Assembly (NCBI GenBank): GCA_951406725.2
Contig: OX597828.1
Location: 31,310,001 to 31,374,000 of the forward strand
Direction: 5' to 3'
Length of the DNA: 64,000 bases
From: Octopus vulgaris
Lineage: Eukaryota
Of the stretch, positions 24,071 to 39,705 are shown piece after piece. A program made the translations under genes and the position numbers. The notes under the pieces are model-generated. The model was not told where the DNA came from and searched no databases. It saw only the letters and a program-made list of their open reading frames with translations. Position 1 is the first letter of the stretch. Each line of letters starts with the position of its first letter.

Positions 24071-27061
24071 CGTGTGTGTGTGAGTGTATGTGTATGTGTG
24101 TGTGTGTGTGTATAAAATTAAACTAATTTTTACATGAACTGATATAATTCACGTTTAAAGTTAGAGTTTCAAATATCTACATCTTTATTTTCATTTTTCA
24201 TTTGAAGAGATTTATTATCCTATATACGATCTATTTGTCGAACAGGGAAACTGTGAATAAGACAATTTATTTCTTTTTACATTTCTGTTTCCGCTTATTA
24301 TTTAGATTTTAGCCAAATTTGATTTTACTTGATTAAACTTTAAATAAGGATATATGCTATTATAGACACACACACATATATGTGTATGTGCGTTTATGTG
24401 TGTGTGTGTGTGTGTGTGTGTGTGACCTCTTTGTTGCTTATGCTTTGGGTATGATCAATGCACTTGTGTAGACGAATTAGCAATATCAAAAAGACCTCGG
24501 GATAAACTTGAGAATTTCCTAAATGTGTATTAAACTCTACTTAAATATTTAAATACTGATGGAAATCGTATCATTCCTCTCTTACGTAATTATCTGATAT
24601 GAATAATACGCATATATTTTGAAATAACAACAGAAAATCATATCAGATATAATACATCGCAAATTTATAGTAAATTAATTTCAATTCAATTGCAAAGAAA
24701 TTCTCGTTAAAAGCACTCTTATTAAATTCCCGTTTATTTAATATACAACCATTCTTAAAACATATTATACATAACGATTCATATAAAATTTAGTGTACTA
24801 CATTGAGCAATATCATAAATCTTTGCAAATTTTGTCAATGAAACATAATATGTAGTATTAGCAATACATTAGTATATCAATTTCGCCAAACTCTCTAAAC
24901 GTTAATAAAAGTATTTGGCTAATAAAAAATAGACACTATTAAATCTTTTGGGCTTAATTTAGCCAGACACTCATAATACAGTACTTCGAAAATAATATGA
25001 TGAACAATCATGAATGTCTTTTTATATAAAATAATGTATTGCTAATTGAGAATCATATTGATACGCATTGCTATATTTGCTTGTGCGTTTGTTTATTTGT
25101 GTGTATTTGTGTGTGTTTGAGCGTGTGTGTGTATGTTGTATGTGTGTGTGTGGGATGTGTGTTTATGTGTGTGTGTGGGCTTTATTTGCATTTTTAATTA
25201 CAGATTAATTGGGAAGAATGTTCCTTTTGGGTCTTGAATTCAATTATGTCTGACCTGCAAAGGCGAGTTTTGACGATAGAATAATTAACCGAAAAATACA
25301 TGGCTATGGTACAGATGTTCCGTTTGTATCAAGTGTTCCTGATTTCAATTTATTGAGTACTTTTCTTTGCATACTGACTTGAATGTATGCAAGTGTAGGT
25401 ACAGCATTGTACAAATATTATTCATCCTGGAGCTTTGTACAATGTTAAAAATTACGCAACATGGTGACGAATTCGATTTTGACTTTCAGGGTAGATAAAA
25501 TTAGTGCCAGTTGAGCACTGGGATCGACGTCTGTCTCTGAGCCCTAATGTGTCCCAAGAGTTATAGTTTTAAGTCACGTGAAGTAATGACTAACGGGCGG
25601 GCTGTGCTGCTTTAAGTAATACACAGTAGTGTTTATCTTATGGAAGCGGTAGCATTGATGATTAACAATCTAATTAAACTAAATATAACACAGCTGCTTA
25701 TATTGGCTCTCTGCACTTTAAGATATCGGAAGTTATATATCACCCATTTTAGTCCTTCTCTCTTAGGGCTGACCTAAATAGATTCCACAATTCAGACCCA
25801 GTCTACTCTCCAGAAATAACTTTTAACTTGCCTCCCGGAAATGTTACATTCCTTAAATGTACCATTTGCTCTCTGCCATCTCTCTTCCGGCTAACATTTC
25901 AAGATTAAGATAGTTGCCAAATGTATTATCATTCTAAAGAAAAGGTTACACTTTTGCGGATTTTGAAATATCAAAGTATACCCTTTTTAAGAGAAACTAG
26001 AGCCAACTTTTAATGGTAGATGTAGGGGTAAATGTTCCGTGGGAAGTTGATGAAATTAATGGAAGTGGCATGGCCAGAATATAATGCTTTGTTTCTTGAA
26101 GGCACAGAGGGATCATATTGAGTTTAGCACATATGTGAAAACAGAGTGAACTGTCACAAATGAAAAGGAAAACTTTTTGAATGTAGTTATGCAATGCTTG
26201 TTTGAATCCATCACAGTTGAATGTTGTTTAAGCAGCAACTGTGGTGGATTTCTCCACAGAAGCATTGCGTACAAGAACTGGAGTATTATACTTAAAATAT
26301 TTGAATTACAATTTTTATAAAATATCCAAAGTTAACAAATATGGATTACATTCTATATCTTAAGTTCCTGCAGAAATTTAGAGATTAGAACAATCCAACA
26401 AAATTGTCGTTGGCCATCACCAGGTTTGGTAAGCCATGTCATTTGCCTGAAGTAACTAAATCATATTGATGCTCGGAAGAGGAATCCCTTCACTGTGTTT
26501 AGCGAGAGAAGTGAAGAACACGTACTAGCAGGTGTTGTGGTCTTACAACTGCCGTACATGCGAGTACTCATGTCTTGAAGTGCCATATTATTTATCTATC
26601 ACTCACCACCTAAAAGATTGTATTTATAATGCGTCATAGATAGGTATATAACTACAAATGCATATAAGATGCTTTTTTTTCAAAGCCATTTGGTTTTCCG
26701 AGTGAAAATTATAAATTGTCGACCTTCCATGATTAGCGGTTGAATCTTCTACAAATATCGCCTAAGAAAGAACACATCATAGATTATGTATTCGTTGATG
26801 ATATATCTCTGACCGAAATATACAATGTTTAAACAAACAAAAAATGGATTGTAGATTGTAAAACTCATTTGTTTTCTCAATGATATATATCTTGTAAAAA
26901 ATGTAAAAACAAAACTATGTACACCAACATGTATGTAATTTGGTCTGCTTTATCATTCCTTCACATGCACAGATACACAACTGTAGTGTGATTGCAATGC
27001 ATCTGGGAGTGCGAATGAGTAACTGCAATATGAGTGTGTATATTTTCATTCTCCTCTGAAA

Positions 27062-27368
<307 letters not shown>

Positions 27369-28289
27369 CCATGTGTGTATTTCTCCCTCTTTCTCAAAAC
27401 ACACACACAAGTTGACAATGCTACAATTGCTTCAATTACCAAATATTAAATAATATTATATCTGACAAAACTCATACATTTTCACTCAATTTTATGAAAT
27501 CTATTTAAATGATTAAAATATATCTAAGAAATATACTAGTTCCAATTCAAGAACGATTCAAAGTAGAATAAGCAGCTATGAGGAAAGGAAATTACTTATC
27601 TCTGAATTGCAGTTGACTATATTGATTACGAAGCTTTAAAATTTAACACTAAATGTGCGAAACAAAGTTACAGTTATGAGCAAATGAAATTCTCTAGTAA
27701 GTAATAGATTTTAGTTATTGAATTGAAATATTGCCAGAATCGCTATGTTTGGTACTAGCAATGTCTTCAATAATTAACATATTGACTGGAGGGATAAAAA
27801 TGTACACTATATGAAAGAAACAATATTAGGTTAAATTGTGTGTCTTGTATTTAGTCAAAACAACATTAAAAATTTCAAATTGAATTCGCAAGATGTGCAA
27901 CATAGCACAAAAGATTGTAAGTACAGGAAACATTCCGAAAATATGGACATATTTATTATGCGTTCGCCACATTTATCACTGAAATATATGTACATGTGTG
28001 TGTGCGCGTGTGGATGTCTCTATGTACATGTGCGTGTATGTGTGAGTCTGCCTGTATGTATACGTGTATGTATGCATTTATATATATATATGCGGGGACC
28101 TATTTATGCCACAATAAGTTTTCGATGAACTAAAGGCCTAGCTCTCTTTACATTAATTTGTTAATACAAAATTCTTTTGTATCTTGCTCGGCATATATAT
28201 GAATATATACGTAGCGCCTTCAATAGCGATATTATTATTGCATGATAAACGTGGCAAAATGGATAAATAAATATATTTCACTTCTCATA

Positions 28290-28792
28290 CCTGCCACTCA
28301 GCAAACGCTACTCTGAAAGACCAAAATCTCATCAAACCAATATAGATTCATATTATGTAAGCGTCCAAAAGATGTCGCAAACAAATGACGTGATTGGTTA
28401 TTGGCATCCTTTTGATTCGGGAGACAATGGAGTTGCGCATAAAATACCTGAAGTGTTCTCTTCAGTTTTACGCAGGCCTGGGCTCTATGTAAGAAAATCC
28501 TAGGTAGCCCAATGGTCAGGATTCCTCTCTCGACCTTGCTGACGTAGTGCAAAGTAGTGCAGAGCATTACGTTTGGCACAAGCTTGGTTGCAAAAGCTGC
28601 AGAAAGAGTGCCGAGTCGAACACTAAACCGCCTACGGGGCTCCACTCCGGATTTCTTTGAAGCTTATCTCCTTTCCGTAACCCTTGATAGGCGCCCAGAC
28701 CGGGTACTGTCAGCCGGAGCCGGAGGGGGCCGGGATTTTTGTCAGTCAGGGTCGTCACTCCCTGAAGTAGTGAAGAAAATCGCTACCCAAAC
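28290..28792 (-). mobile_element. Probable 5' region of an RTE-type LINE
   Basis: GC-rich leader (aaatccggagtggagcccc), then RGILTIGLPRIF and GLSE*RL resembling the ALSETRL endonuclease motif. Family assignment is from memory. Confidence 0.45.
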
Positions 28793-31457
28793 ACGGTGCT
28801 GAAGAAATTTATCTCCAAATATAATCTCTGCTATTTTTCACTTTACTTCTATACAAGAATCTTTTTCATGTAGATTACTGCAATTAATGTCTTTCAATTC
28901 GGAACAAATCCTGCTTTTTCCTTGAACACGTAATACACACACACACACACACACACACATGTGCGTTTCGGTATAGATATTGTGGAGTTTTACAATTGTT
29001 TAGCTTCCTACATATTTCGTATCAGCAAAGCTTGTATTTTCAAAATAAAACTCTACAATTTCCATTTTTTTATTTCTCTCTAAAAATCGATCAGCTGATA
29101 TGAAAATGCTTACTCGTGTTTACATATAGAGAAAGTTGTATCTCAAGGTGCACCTGTTGGCGTGCGAGAGTTTCTGGGCATTATTGGAACTTCTTATTTA
29201 TTGCATTCACTGAAAATATCTGTTAAATTCGCACGAGGCATTAGATTTTAAACTTCTTTATTCATATCACCTACATGCGCCGGAGCTGAGAACGAAAGCG
29301 TCATTTTTAGGTATACTCTTAATCACCTGTGGCAGTAGATAAGTGTCATACATATATTTCTGTTATTTATCTTTATAAATATTTCAATTATGTTCATCTT
29401 CGCTCAACGCCGTCTAATGACTTATTGACAATTTTTTTTCGGAAATGACTGCAAGTTCATTTTCTCTGCAAGTCTTCCATTTCGTATTGGGGGAATACTT
29501 GGATATCGATGTTTCTGTTGTTTTAAGACCGATGGATTCCTTGCAGTTTGCAAAAAACCTCTGTCATCTGTAACCAATATGTAGCCAAGTTTTCATCAAA
29601 AATCAGATAAATATGATCTCCAGGAATACACGACACTTGGTTTGCGAAAAGATTAGTACCCATACATATACGCATTTTTACAATGTAACTTTGCGTGACT
29701 TTCGGGATTTAATTTCATTTGAGAACACTGGAATGGTGTCTCGGAAGCTATTTTGCCTTAATCACTGTCAAACACCGGTAAACCTGTTAAGAAATGGTCC
29801 GGTTACAAAACGCTTGGTAAAACTACAATAATGGCGGTTACACCAGAGGAAACAACTGACATATCTGTACCTTAGATTTGATAAAAATTTACCAAGTGAT
29901 ATTCAGGTTAACAAGGATTGTCTTACTAATCCTAACCTCAGAATTTTTGCTTCATTGTGATTGACACTAACTATTAAAGTATAAACATTATACAGTGTCT
30001 TCTTTAAAAAAACTCATTTTACATTATTGATTTTATTACGATATATTTAAGCAAGCAGTTTTAAAATACGGTGTTATATGTATATTTGAACTTGATGTGA
30101 CAACGTTATTAAAATGATAATTCGTGTAATCTATATTATAATAATCCTGCTTGACAATCCGTTACTTATCCCGTCAGTAACGCTTTCATGTGATTAGAGA
30201 ACAAGACGGAGAAAGAAAAGAGTGAAAGAGAAGCGTATCTGACGTGAGATAGAGGGAATGTGATTGTAAAGCTTTCACGTAATTAGTTGAAAGGAAAGAG
30301 ATGAGAAAGTAAAACAGACAAAAAAGAGGATAAAATGATGAGTGAGAGACAAACAGGGAGAAATAAAGAGGGAGAGCGAAAAAGAAAGAAAGAGGAAGAG
30401 AGTGAAGAAGGTTGAGAGAGGTGGAGAGGGTGTGTGGGGGTAGTGGCGATTACATTGTGAAAAGTGTATTTTTTTTACTGAACTTTTTTTAAATCACCTA
30501 TAACTTTACGCGTGCGCATAAGTGCAATTCCGTGAAATATTCATGCTTATGTACGTGACAAATATATGCAATTAAACTAAAGCTTGTATCATATGTACGA
30601 GTTATATATATATATATTTTTTTTTTGGAAAAAATGGAAAAATAAGACTGAATGTTCATTTTATGAGTGTTGTATATTAAAGTCCATAAAATTGTGCAAA
30701 AAGTATATAGTGTATATATAAACTGCATTAAGTAACCATTGTATTCCAATTCCCTTCCCTTTTGAATGAGTAGCAGGTGAGCGACTATCTTTCCATACAG
30801 ATACAACACAGGCTACGCTTTCAGGGGTTTTTGGATAAAATGTTCAAACATAACATGAAAAAGACTAAAAATATGATCATGTCATTATCCTTGACTTTTC
30901 AGTCCACTGCACATAGATAGTGGCTTCGCATGGTGACAGAAAGGCAGCAGATTTAGAGATCGGGGTAAAGTCGGTCACATGGACCAGAGTGTTTGACTGG
31001 TACTGAATTTATCGATTCCGATGACACAGCTCTGTTACATTTCCTTCCAAGTTTTAAACGTCACTACATGGATTGTATTTTTATTCATACTATCATCAGA
31101 ATTTATTTGGGGTGTATTACGCTGACCAGTTGTACGTTAATGTACGTTAATGCACGACAGTAAAATTCGGTAATCCCTGTCTTATTTATGACAAAGTGCA
31201 AACTAGATATTTTTGTCATTTTTCAACCAAGACAAAGAACATTCTTCTTTGCATAAATGGAGCTGTAAAAAGAAGTATCATACGGCAATTTAATTTTATT
31301 TTTTCACGTGTCTCCTTCAAGACATATTATTTGACCCCGAAGAACTCGATGTACACGAGGAAATATTTATATTGTGCGCTATGGCTAATTTACTTTGATA
31401 ATGTAACATGCAAAGATAAAATCAGGAGGAAAGTAAAGATTATGAGGAAACATGTTA

Positions 31458-31592
31458 ACTTCAAACTTTGGCACAAGGCCAGTAATTTCGGGAAAGAGTT
31501 TGAGTCAATTACATCAACTGGTACTTATGTTATCGACCGTGAAATGATGAAGAACCTCGGTAGTATTTGAAATCAGAACGTAAAGACGGACG
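31458..31592 (-). mobile_element. Diverged SINE family A fragment
   Basis: Reverse-complement similarity to 4400-4500 and 46808-46985 (actggtactta...atcgacc...tttgaaatcagaacgtaa). Confidence 0.6.
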
Positions 31593-32842
31593 GCTTACGA
31601 CTTTGTAGTAAAATTTCATAACAAAATAAAACGATACTTTGCGTATTTGCTAGAAAGTGAAGCAAGCTAGAGAAGTGTACAATTTTGTCGTAAATCTGTA
31701 AGGTTATATCGAGAAGTGTTGTTATCTTTAAAATGTATTTAGAAACTGCTTATTTTAAACAGCGAAATCCGAAAGTACTATGACCGAAGACAAATTGATG
31801 CTTTCTTATCTAAATGTTACCATGTTTATATCATCCTCTTATAGTAAGCAATGGGTTTCGGTATCGAGGAGGAAAATTCTATATAATAATATATCATCAA
31901 CACACTAATATAAATTCTACTTAATTATATATTCTCCCATAAAAAAGGAATATAAATGAGTTACTACTAAAAGCTTACATTTAAAATCAGATAAACGGCC
32001 ACTGTTGAAGTCAGATTTTTAAAATATATATTTAAAATAAGAAAATAAACAATACAACATTGCTAGATATCTAATCGTTGAGAAGTTATCTATTATTCAA
32101 TATAAGTAGATTAACATGGTTGTCTGTATGTATTTTCAATTTTATATTTCTCATTTAGCAAGAGAATTAGCATGATTCACTTCACCACTGTTAATTCATC
32201 AAAAGGAAAAAAACAGAAATAATAAGTAAAACTCGCAAATGACATTTCATTACTGTAAATGTTTTCCTTTATATATCATCTAATAATAAAGTAAGTATGT
32301 TTATAATTCAATTGTTAATCATGATACGTTCGGTACAACTTTTCAATTTCTTATTCTAAATTTAAGCGCTCACCAGCATTCTTCTTTCTGTTTCGCGTTT
32401 AACGTTGAATTTGTACTTTCTTATAATGAATTCGAGGTCTTTTGAAGGAATACATTGCTTTCCGTTCCTTTTCTTTTTCCTCGTGTTACTTAAGCATATT
32501 ACAGAAACAAAATGACGTATCATTAGTTAAAAGGATACCGCATGTTTTTCTATATTTTATATATATTCAAGTGTTTTATTCTTTTTTTTTATATATATCT
32601 TATTTTCAATGGAGGGAAATTATAGTGGTATCCCAAAAATATAATTTCCCAATTTTACCTATTTCTACCGAAAACTATCAATAAATTTGAATGGGATTAT
32701 TTCAAAGCCTCAAAGAAAATAAAACGTTAAAACATTCAGCCCCTACATACGGGAATAATCGTTTTATAAATTAGGATTATCCAAAATTGTTTCTTAAATA
32801 GAGACAGATAAAATGTTAATGCAATTGAACGTGCATGAATTT

Positions 32843-33233
32843 ACCTTTTACTTTTTAGCTGATTCAATCATTATATTGCGGCCAATCTGGGGCACCACCT
32901 TCAAGAGATATTTTTGTCGAACGAATCAATCCCAGTACATATTCTTCTTATGCTTGGTAGTTATTCAGAACCACCAAGATGCAGGGATGTAGACACACCA
33001 ACACTGGTTTCCAAGTGGTAATGCGGAGGATGGGAATCACAGACACAGACGCAAAGAGACCCAGACCCTAACAAACACACATATACGACCGACGTACCAA
33101 ATCCACTAACAAGGCTTTAGTCGGCTGGAGACTATAGTGGAATGAACCTGCCCAAGTTGCCCGTAAGTGGATCTGAACCCGGATCCATGTTTCCTGGGAA
33201 ACGAACTTCTTACCGCACACGCACGGCTACTTC
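32843..33233 (-). mobile_element. Diverged SINE family B copy
   Basis: Colinear with 5444-5852 (taccaaatccact.acaaggc...ctgaacccgga.ccatg). Confidence 0.75.
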
Positions 33234-35121
33234 TATAAAGTCTAATTTTAAGGTGGTATGCGTGAAGATGTTTTACCGTTCGTTCTACCCGAAACTAGTA
33301 CCTGTAACGAATGTGGTCTCTAATTTAGGTATTAGGTAAATAGTTATGAATGATGAAAGAATAATGGACATCATCGATCTTAGTATTAAAGTTGTAATTT
33401 ATTTTATTGACCCGTAAATTATAATATGCATAGCTGACCTCAAAGTTCAGTATGTTAGGAGACGGAACAAGTATACCCGAGCACAAATGAACTCGTTTCG
33501 ATCTTCTAACCGATTGCTATCTTACACATATGATACAATAATAATTTTTTACCTTAAAAAAATTACCTATTTTTATCAAACCGAAAATGTACTTCAAAAC
33601 ATCATAGTAATTAGGACATTGTACGAAATAGAAGTGATTTGATAGAAGGTTGATATATATCGAGATATATTTTCATCGATCTACTAAAAGCAATTAAACT
33701 TAGAGTATAAATAAATACAGTAGAATATCCTGTGTTCACTTATATGTAAGCGGCGACTGAGAGAATCTATATTGTGAAGTATTTCTTATTCGAATATAAT
33801 ACATCGTTGTTTTTAATTATAATTTTCTCATAAAATCCAGGCAAATAATTTTATTTTAAAACAATATTCCAATGAAAAGATGCCTGTGCATATTTATTTG
33901 TTTCATTTATGCCATCGGTGGTGAGTATCGCTTGCTCTTTTCTTATTGGCTATTTACTTAATTCATGCGTTCAATTTCTTTTCTGTTTTAAATTCTTTTC
34001 TATGTCGACGCTGATTTAAAAAATAGATTTCCGATAGAATAGCGTCGGTGGTATTGCATTATATTAATAATGAATGCACAGGCGCATACATACATTTATA
34101 TCAAAGTGTGTGTGTCCACAGTTACAAGCGTGTATATGCAGTCGTGTGTGATCTTTTATTAGAGTTGTTTGTGCATTGTGTAGAACGACAGTACGAAGGT
34201 GCATGAAATCCAATCACAGCGGCAAGAAACTCATTCATACAGAAAAGTTCATCAATTTAAAGGTAGTAATAAATTTATATATAAACATATGCAGATTAGA
34301 ATATTAAAAAAACATAGACTTCATTTTGGAAACAAAACCAATAAATTGATTCTAGAATAAGAGACTCGAGTCGAATTAATATTAAAATCAAAATACAAAT
34401 TGAAAATTAAAATCAGTTAACAATAAAAAAAGATTAAATTGTAAATACATTTAAAATATCCATTCTTAGTAAAAGAATAAAACAAAAACTAAACTAATAT
34501 ATTTACTGATGTTTTATTCCATTCCGTAATACGAAAAGGTCAGAAAGAAAGTTGATGAGTTCTTTTCAAATTATGTCGAAACATTAATTTTTATATTTCC
34601 AATTTTTCATGAAATTTACATTAAAAATAAAAGCACGTGATTTGAGTCAAGTTCAAAATATAATTGCATACTTGTCATGTGATGTCAAAAGATATTTTCC
34701 TAATAGTTTTTGTCGATGTTCTAAATATTAAAACGGGAATTAAACGATGCATGGTATCTGGAGCAGTATCCTCTAAGTCTGGAAAATAACATTGAATACG
34801 ATTATATATTATATCGTTTACCCTATCCTCCTTTCTGTTACTCTCTTCCTCCCTCACTCTCTGCATATATATCTATGTGTATGTATATATATATATAAAA
34901 GTGAGTATGTGTATGAATATACGTATTTAAGTAGCTTTTGTATTTTATCGCTTTAAATGTTTTACTAATTTCTGAACTTACTCTATCGGTCTTCTTTGAG
35001 GCAGTGCTATGTTAAACCGACGTAAACAAAAACTGACTGCCGAGGAATGGGGGTACAAACACAAAGCTTGATCACACATGTATATATTTCTATATATTCT
35101 CCCCCCCCTCTCTCTCTCTCT

Positions 35122-35153
<32 letters not shown>

Positions 35154-35154
35154 T

Positions 35155-35326
35155 GAACCGTTAGCTCCTACACGCATTTTTCTCTCTCCTTGTTTCTTTT
35201 ATGTGTATCTTTCTGTCGAAGAGCGTAGGCTCGTAAAATACTTGTTTTATTTCTATACCTGAGCGCCATACTAATACAATTGTTTGTTTGTACTCCACTT
35301 GCCTTCGTCTTTCGTAAATCTTCCCG

Positions 35327-35328
<2 letters not shown>
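35155..35328 (+). mobile_element. pLTR-like repeat with decayed HHR, embedded in (TA)n
   Basis: ctttctgtcgaagagcgtaggctcgtaaaa (GAAAC segment missing). Homologous to 53650-53835. Confidence 0.65.
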
Positions 35329-35363
<35 letters not shown>

Positions 35364-36071
35364 CACGCACACACGACGCACGCACACATTCACACATACG
35401 CACATACATACAGACACATATATAGACAGATAACCAGGAGCTAGTGTATAAATACACCAAAATATTTGACTAAGTTGACGCGCAGAGGAGATTAACCTGA
35501 AAATATATAGTAAGATTACGATTTTCGTAATAGCATAACCTTTCAAAAAAATAAATATTCATGGGATTTTGACAGTCATCCATACTCTTACGAACATATT
35601 TCGGCCCCGTGCACAAATATTTTACTGTACATACGATGAAAAGACGGATGCTCTGTTACTGCACTGATTTCTACGCATACTACTTGATTCATTAATCCTG
35701 TCAGTATTGCAATAAACCTCATTACTTATTGCTCTGCACCATCCTTTCCTCTTCCCTCTATATCTCCTCTCATAATAGTCTGATGTCATACAAATACATT
35801 ATTTGACGTACTATTCTATCACCTCTGTTATTTTAATCTTTCTGCTACAGTAGAATCATCTATATCAGGGAAAAAATTCATTAAATGAATGCTACAAAAT
35901 ATATTATAAATTATCTTTAAAATCGACGAATCGGTTGCATGAACATAAAATACTCAAACTTCTAAATAAGAGAGAAAAATACAGGACAGGATCAGGCAAC
36001 CGAATCGGTCTTGGCGCAAAATAGAACATGGTGTCTATTTTCCATTGCCTGCCAAACTGTACATACGTGTG

Positions 36072-36188
<117 letters not shown>

Positions 36189-36279
36189 ATATTAATTAGA
36201 GACAAAACCACTATTTTGCAAAACAAACAAGGAAAGACTTAATCAATACATACATTTTTTATAAAAAGTAAAAAAACCG

Positions 36280-36322
36280 CCACTACAATTGTTTCATGTC
36301 TTGAACGACAATCTTCAGGTGG
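36280..36322 (-). ncRNA. Complete minimal type I hammerhead ribozyme
   Basis: CCAC-CUGAAGA-U-UGUC(GUUCAA)GACA-U-GAAA-C(AAUU)G-UA^GUGG. Stem I is CCAC/GUGG, stem III is the palindrome ACAAUUGU, and the cleavage triplet is GUA. Confidence 0.85.
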
Positions 36323-37559
36323 ATTTCCGACCTAAAATATCAATATTTTAAAATATAAGTATAAAAAATAATTTTAAAATAATTAAAGTATCAATGAAAA
36401 AATATAAATATATAATCTATATTATTTAATATTTTACTATAAATTGATTTAATCCTATCTAAAATTGGATTTATCTAAATTATTTTATCTATATTATTTA
36501 ATATTTTATATAAATTATTTTAAATTATTTTTAATTTATTTATTTAATATTTATATATATGTATATATATAAAATTTGAAGAGATCATAATGAGCAATAA
36601 AGAATTACACTTCTACAAAATGTATTTAGTAACGTATTTTCTTCATATTCAATTATGTGATTAATATTCAATCAATTAAAACATATCCAAATCTAAATGT
36701 TGACAATCCTATACGACTCTGATCGTGGTGTTACCTGTACAGGTGGGTGAAGCGAACTGAATATTTATGTATTAAATATTCATTATGAAAATATACTTTT
36801 GGTGAGAGGACATGAAATATCAGTTTAAAGAACATTGGAGATATTAGTGACATTTGATATGCCCATAATTCTGGTTTCATTTAATATTCGAATGACATTA
36901 TTATACATAAAGGGAATAGATTAGTTTATTAATTGTTGTAAATTGCATATGCACTATACCAGAATGTATTCACACATTTGGGCGCATGTATTAAAGATAT
37001 AATTTGCGAACGATATAACATATTATATGAGTGGATAGAATTATTGGAAAACGAAACATAGAAAATTTGTATTTTTTCACATGAATAATTTATCTTGTCC
37101 ATACCCATACAATTTTAGATTTTCTAAATATTAAGTTTCAAATGTGTAGTAAATTGTATAAAGTAAAGGAAAAACCCAACATTAATTTTCATTTAGTTGG
37201 AAAGAATATTATGGTGATGATATCCGTGCAGTTGGGGTTTTAGACCATTGTAAGTAGGGTACAATTTGTTTTATATTTATATATGTAAGTTTTTGACTTC
37301 GTTAACTAATATGCCCTTTTATTTAGGTTACATCAAATTAAACTTACTAATTTGGAAAATATTTAAATATAATTTAAAACGTATCCATAAAGATAAACAC
37401 ATTTCATTGCTATTTAATTTTTGCGTTTAGATTTAAGGATATCGAATGTTTCTTCCAAGCAGAGCTGACATTTGCTATTCTCATGACATTATCGTGATAT
37501 ACCAACAATAATTGACCTTTTTAATGTCACACAGTTAGCGTACCTCCTATACCAAAGTG

Positions 37560-39480
37560 TGGGACAAATCCCTTCAAGATCTTCCACATGTATATTACGA
37601 CGTATCTTTCTCGCCTGTGCTCCAGGGAACAGTGTCACATTTTCTTGAGTCTTTCCCAGTAGTGTGTATGCTGTATAGAGGCTGTCTTCTTCGTGTAGCT
37701 TCGTCGGATTGCCTCAAGATCTGCAATTAATTTTACAATGTTGGGGACCATAGCTGAGAGCAATAGTCAAAACGGTTTAGGACAATTGTTCCCCAGAAGA
37801 CCGTCATGCTTTGATGATCTCCCTTTCTAAACGTTCTGGGAATCTATCCGGTCAGCCTCATGCATTCCCATGCCAACTTAGCAACATGCACGTGGAAGGA
37901 TGCATGATTACCCGTGTAAATGCCAGGGTATGGCACTGACTGTGTCTCTGGGATTGCAATCCCTCCAGGTCCAGTGTATTTAATTGGTATTGCATTTAGC
38001 TTTGCATGCTAATAGCACAAGGCCTGAAACTTTTCAGTGTTAACCTGCACGCTATTCTTCTTAGCCCACTTGTATATTTCATCTAATTCACATTGCAGGT
38101 GCATAGCCTCCTCAAGAAGGTGTACAACCTGTGAGACTTTAGCAGAATCTGCATAACTTGTGATAGTGGCTCTGTTATGAACAGTAGCAATTCCAGAAAA
38201 GTGCCTTGCGGACACAACTCACTATTTGCGTGTTTTTAGAGGTGACCCCATTGGTTACTACTGCTTGACGTCTATTTTCCAGAAAGCCATGCAGCCATTC
38301 TCCCAATTTCCAGACTATGCCTAAATCACGTAGTTTGTGACTTAAAATTCCATGTTCGTCTTTACTGAAAGCCTCTGCAAAGTCGAGATATATCACATCC
38401 AAATTTCAATGGTTTAGGAGCTGTTTCAATACGAAGTCATTTCAGTGAGAGATGAGTCAGGCAGCCTCTTCCTGGTCGGAAACGATGTTGTGTGTCAGAC
38501 AGCAAGTCCTTTTTCTTAAGGAAGGTGATTAGTTTTCTTCTGTATGCCCCCATTAGTTTCCTTCTGACTATTCGTTCCATGACTTTGGTGACATGCGTGG
38601 GCAGACCGATAGGTCTGTAGTGTGTGGCATCTTCTCTGCAACCACCTTCATGGATGGGGCATATTTTCCTTTCCTTCGCATTCCTTGGATGTTTGCCAGT
38701 TGCAAGGAAGCTCTGAAAGAGAGACTGCAGTGGTATTACTAGGACTCACTTACATACTGCTATCCAAACTGTTATCCGAGAGGCTCTTCCACACTGTTAT
38801 CCGAGAGCAGCATCGGTGTCACTTTCACGTTATGCAAAAGAACCATATTATTTGTGAAGCAGTGATACAATATATTAGCTGCCCTGGTTGATTGGAGTAT
38901 TATTTGTTCCATGTAAAATGTGTTGAGGAGATTCACCTGTCCTTCACCTGCCCTTGTTCGCAACATTCCATTCCTGCATTCCTGAGAAATAAAAGCCCTC
39001 AGGCAATCAGACGCTGTGCAGATTGAAATCTCCCGTAAGAAATACACTTATGTGTTGTTCTAATGTAACTAGAATTTCGATTTCTGTAAGGCAGGCTCCA
39101 GACTTGTCTGCGTGATTCGGAGCATCTGGAGGACGATATATATTACATATAGCTACATCGAGTAGTCTTATACGTGCAATTAGTGTCACATACTGAATTT
39201 GAGTGTGACAAAAGGGCCTGGACTGTAAGGTCTTCGCCGATGTACATAGAAACTATACTGTAACTCCTTTCTTTTCTTTCGGTCCGTAATGCAACATAAT
39301 GTAGTATGTGTATTTCTGCATTTCCTAGATCTGTTTTTAGGTGTGTTCCCGTAACTGGTATGCATAATGCTTGATTGCAGGCAACAAGGTCTCTCACTAA
39401 GTGTTAATCCTCCGATGTTCAGTAAGCGCACTCGTGGGATGTGTGAGTTCCCTAACAGTTCGGTTGGGAACAGTACCGAG
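37560..39480 (-). pseudogene. CR1-type LINE ORF2 remnant (endonuclease plus RT)
   Basis: Endonuclease motifs NIYRPPDAP and VFLTGDFNLH; RT motifs DVIYLDFAEAFSK, WLHGFLENRRQAVVTNG and SYADSAKVS. Multiple frameshifts. Confidence 0.92.
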
Positions 39481-39522
39481 TGCGCGAGTGTGTATATGTA
39501 TTTGTATATATACATATATAGC

Positions 39523-39596
<74 letters not shown>

Positions 39597-39619
39597 GGTG
39601 TGTGTGTATGTATGTATGC

Positions 39620-39705
<86 letters not shown>

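Noticed and set aside
25997-26230. FNCDGFK...CLQETK on the minus strand, resembling a LINE endonuclease N-terminus
   Set aside because: Only two short motifs with atypical spacing and no downstream support.
28690-28792. Possible HDV-like ribozyme in the GC-rich RTE leader
   Set aside because: The nested double pseudoknot (P1/P1.1/P2/P3) could not be assigned by eye; a descriptor search would be needed.
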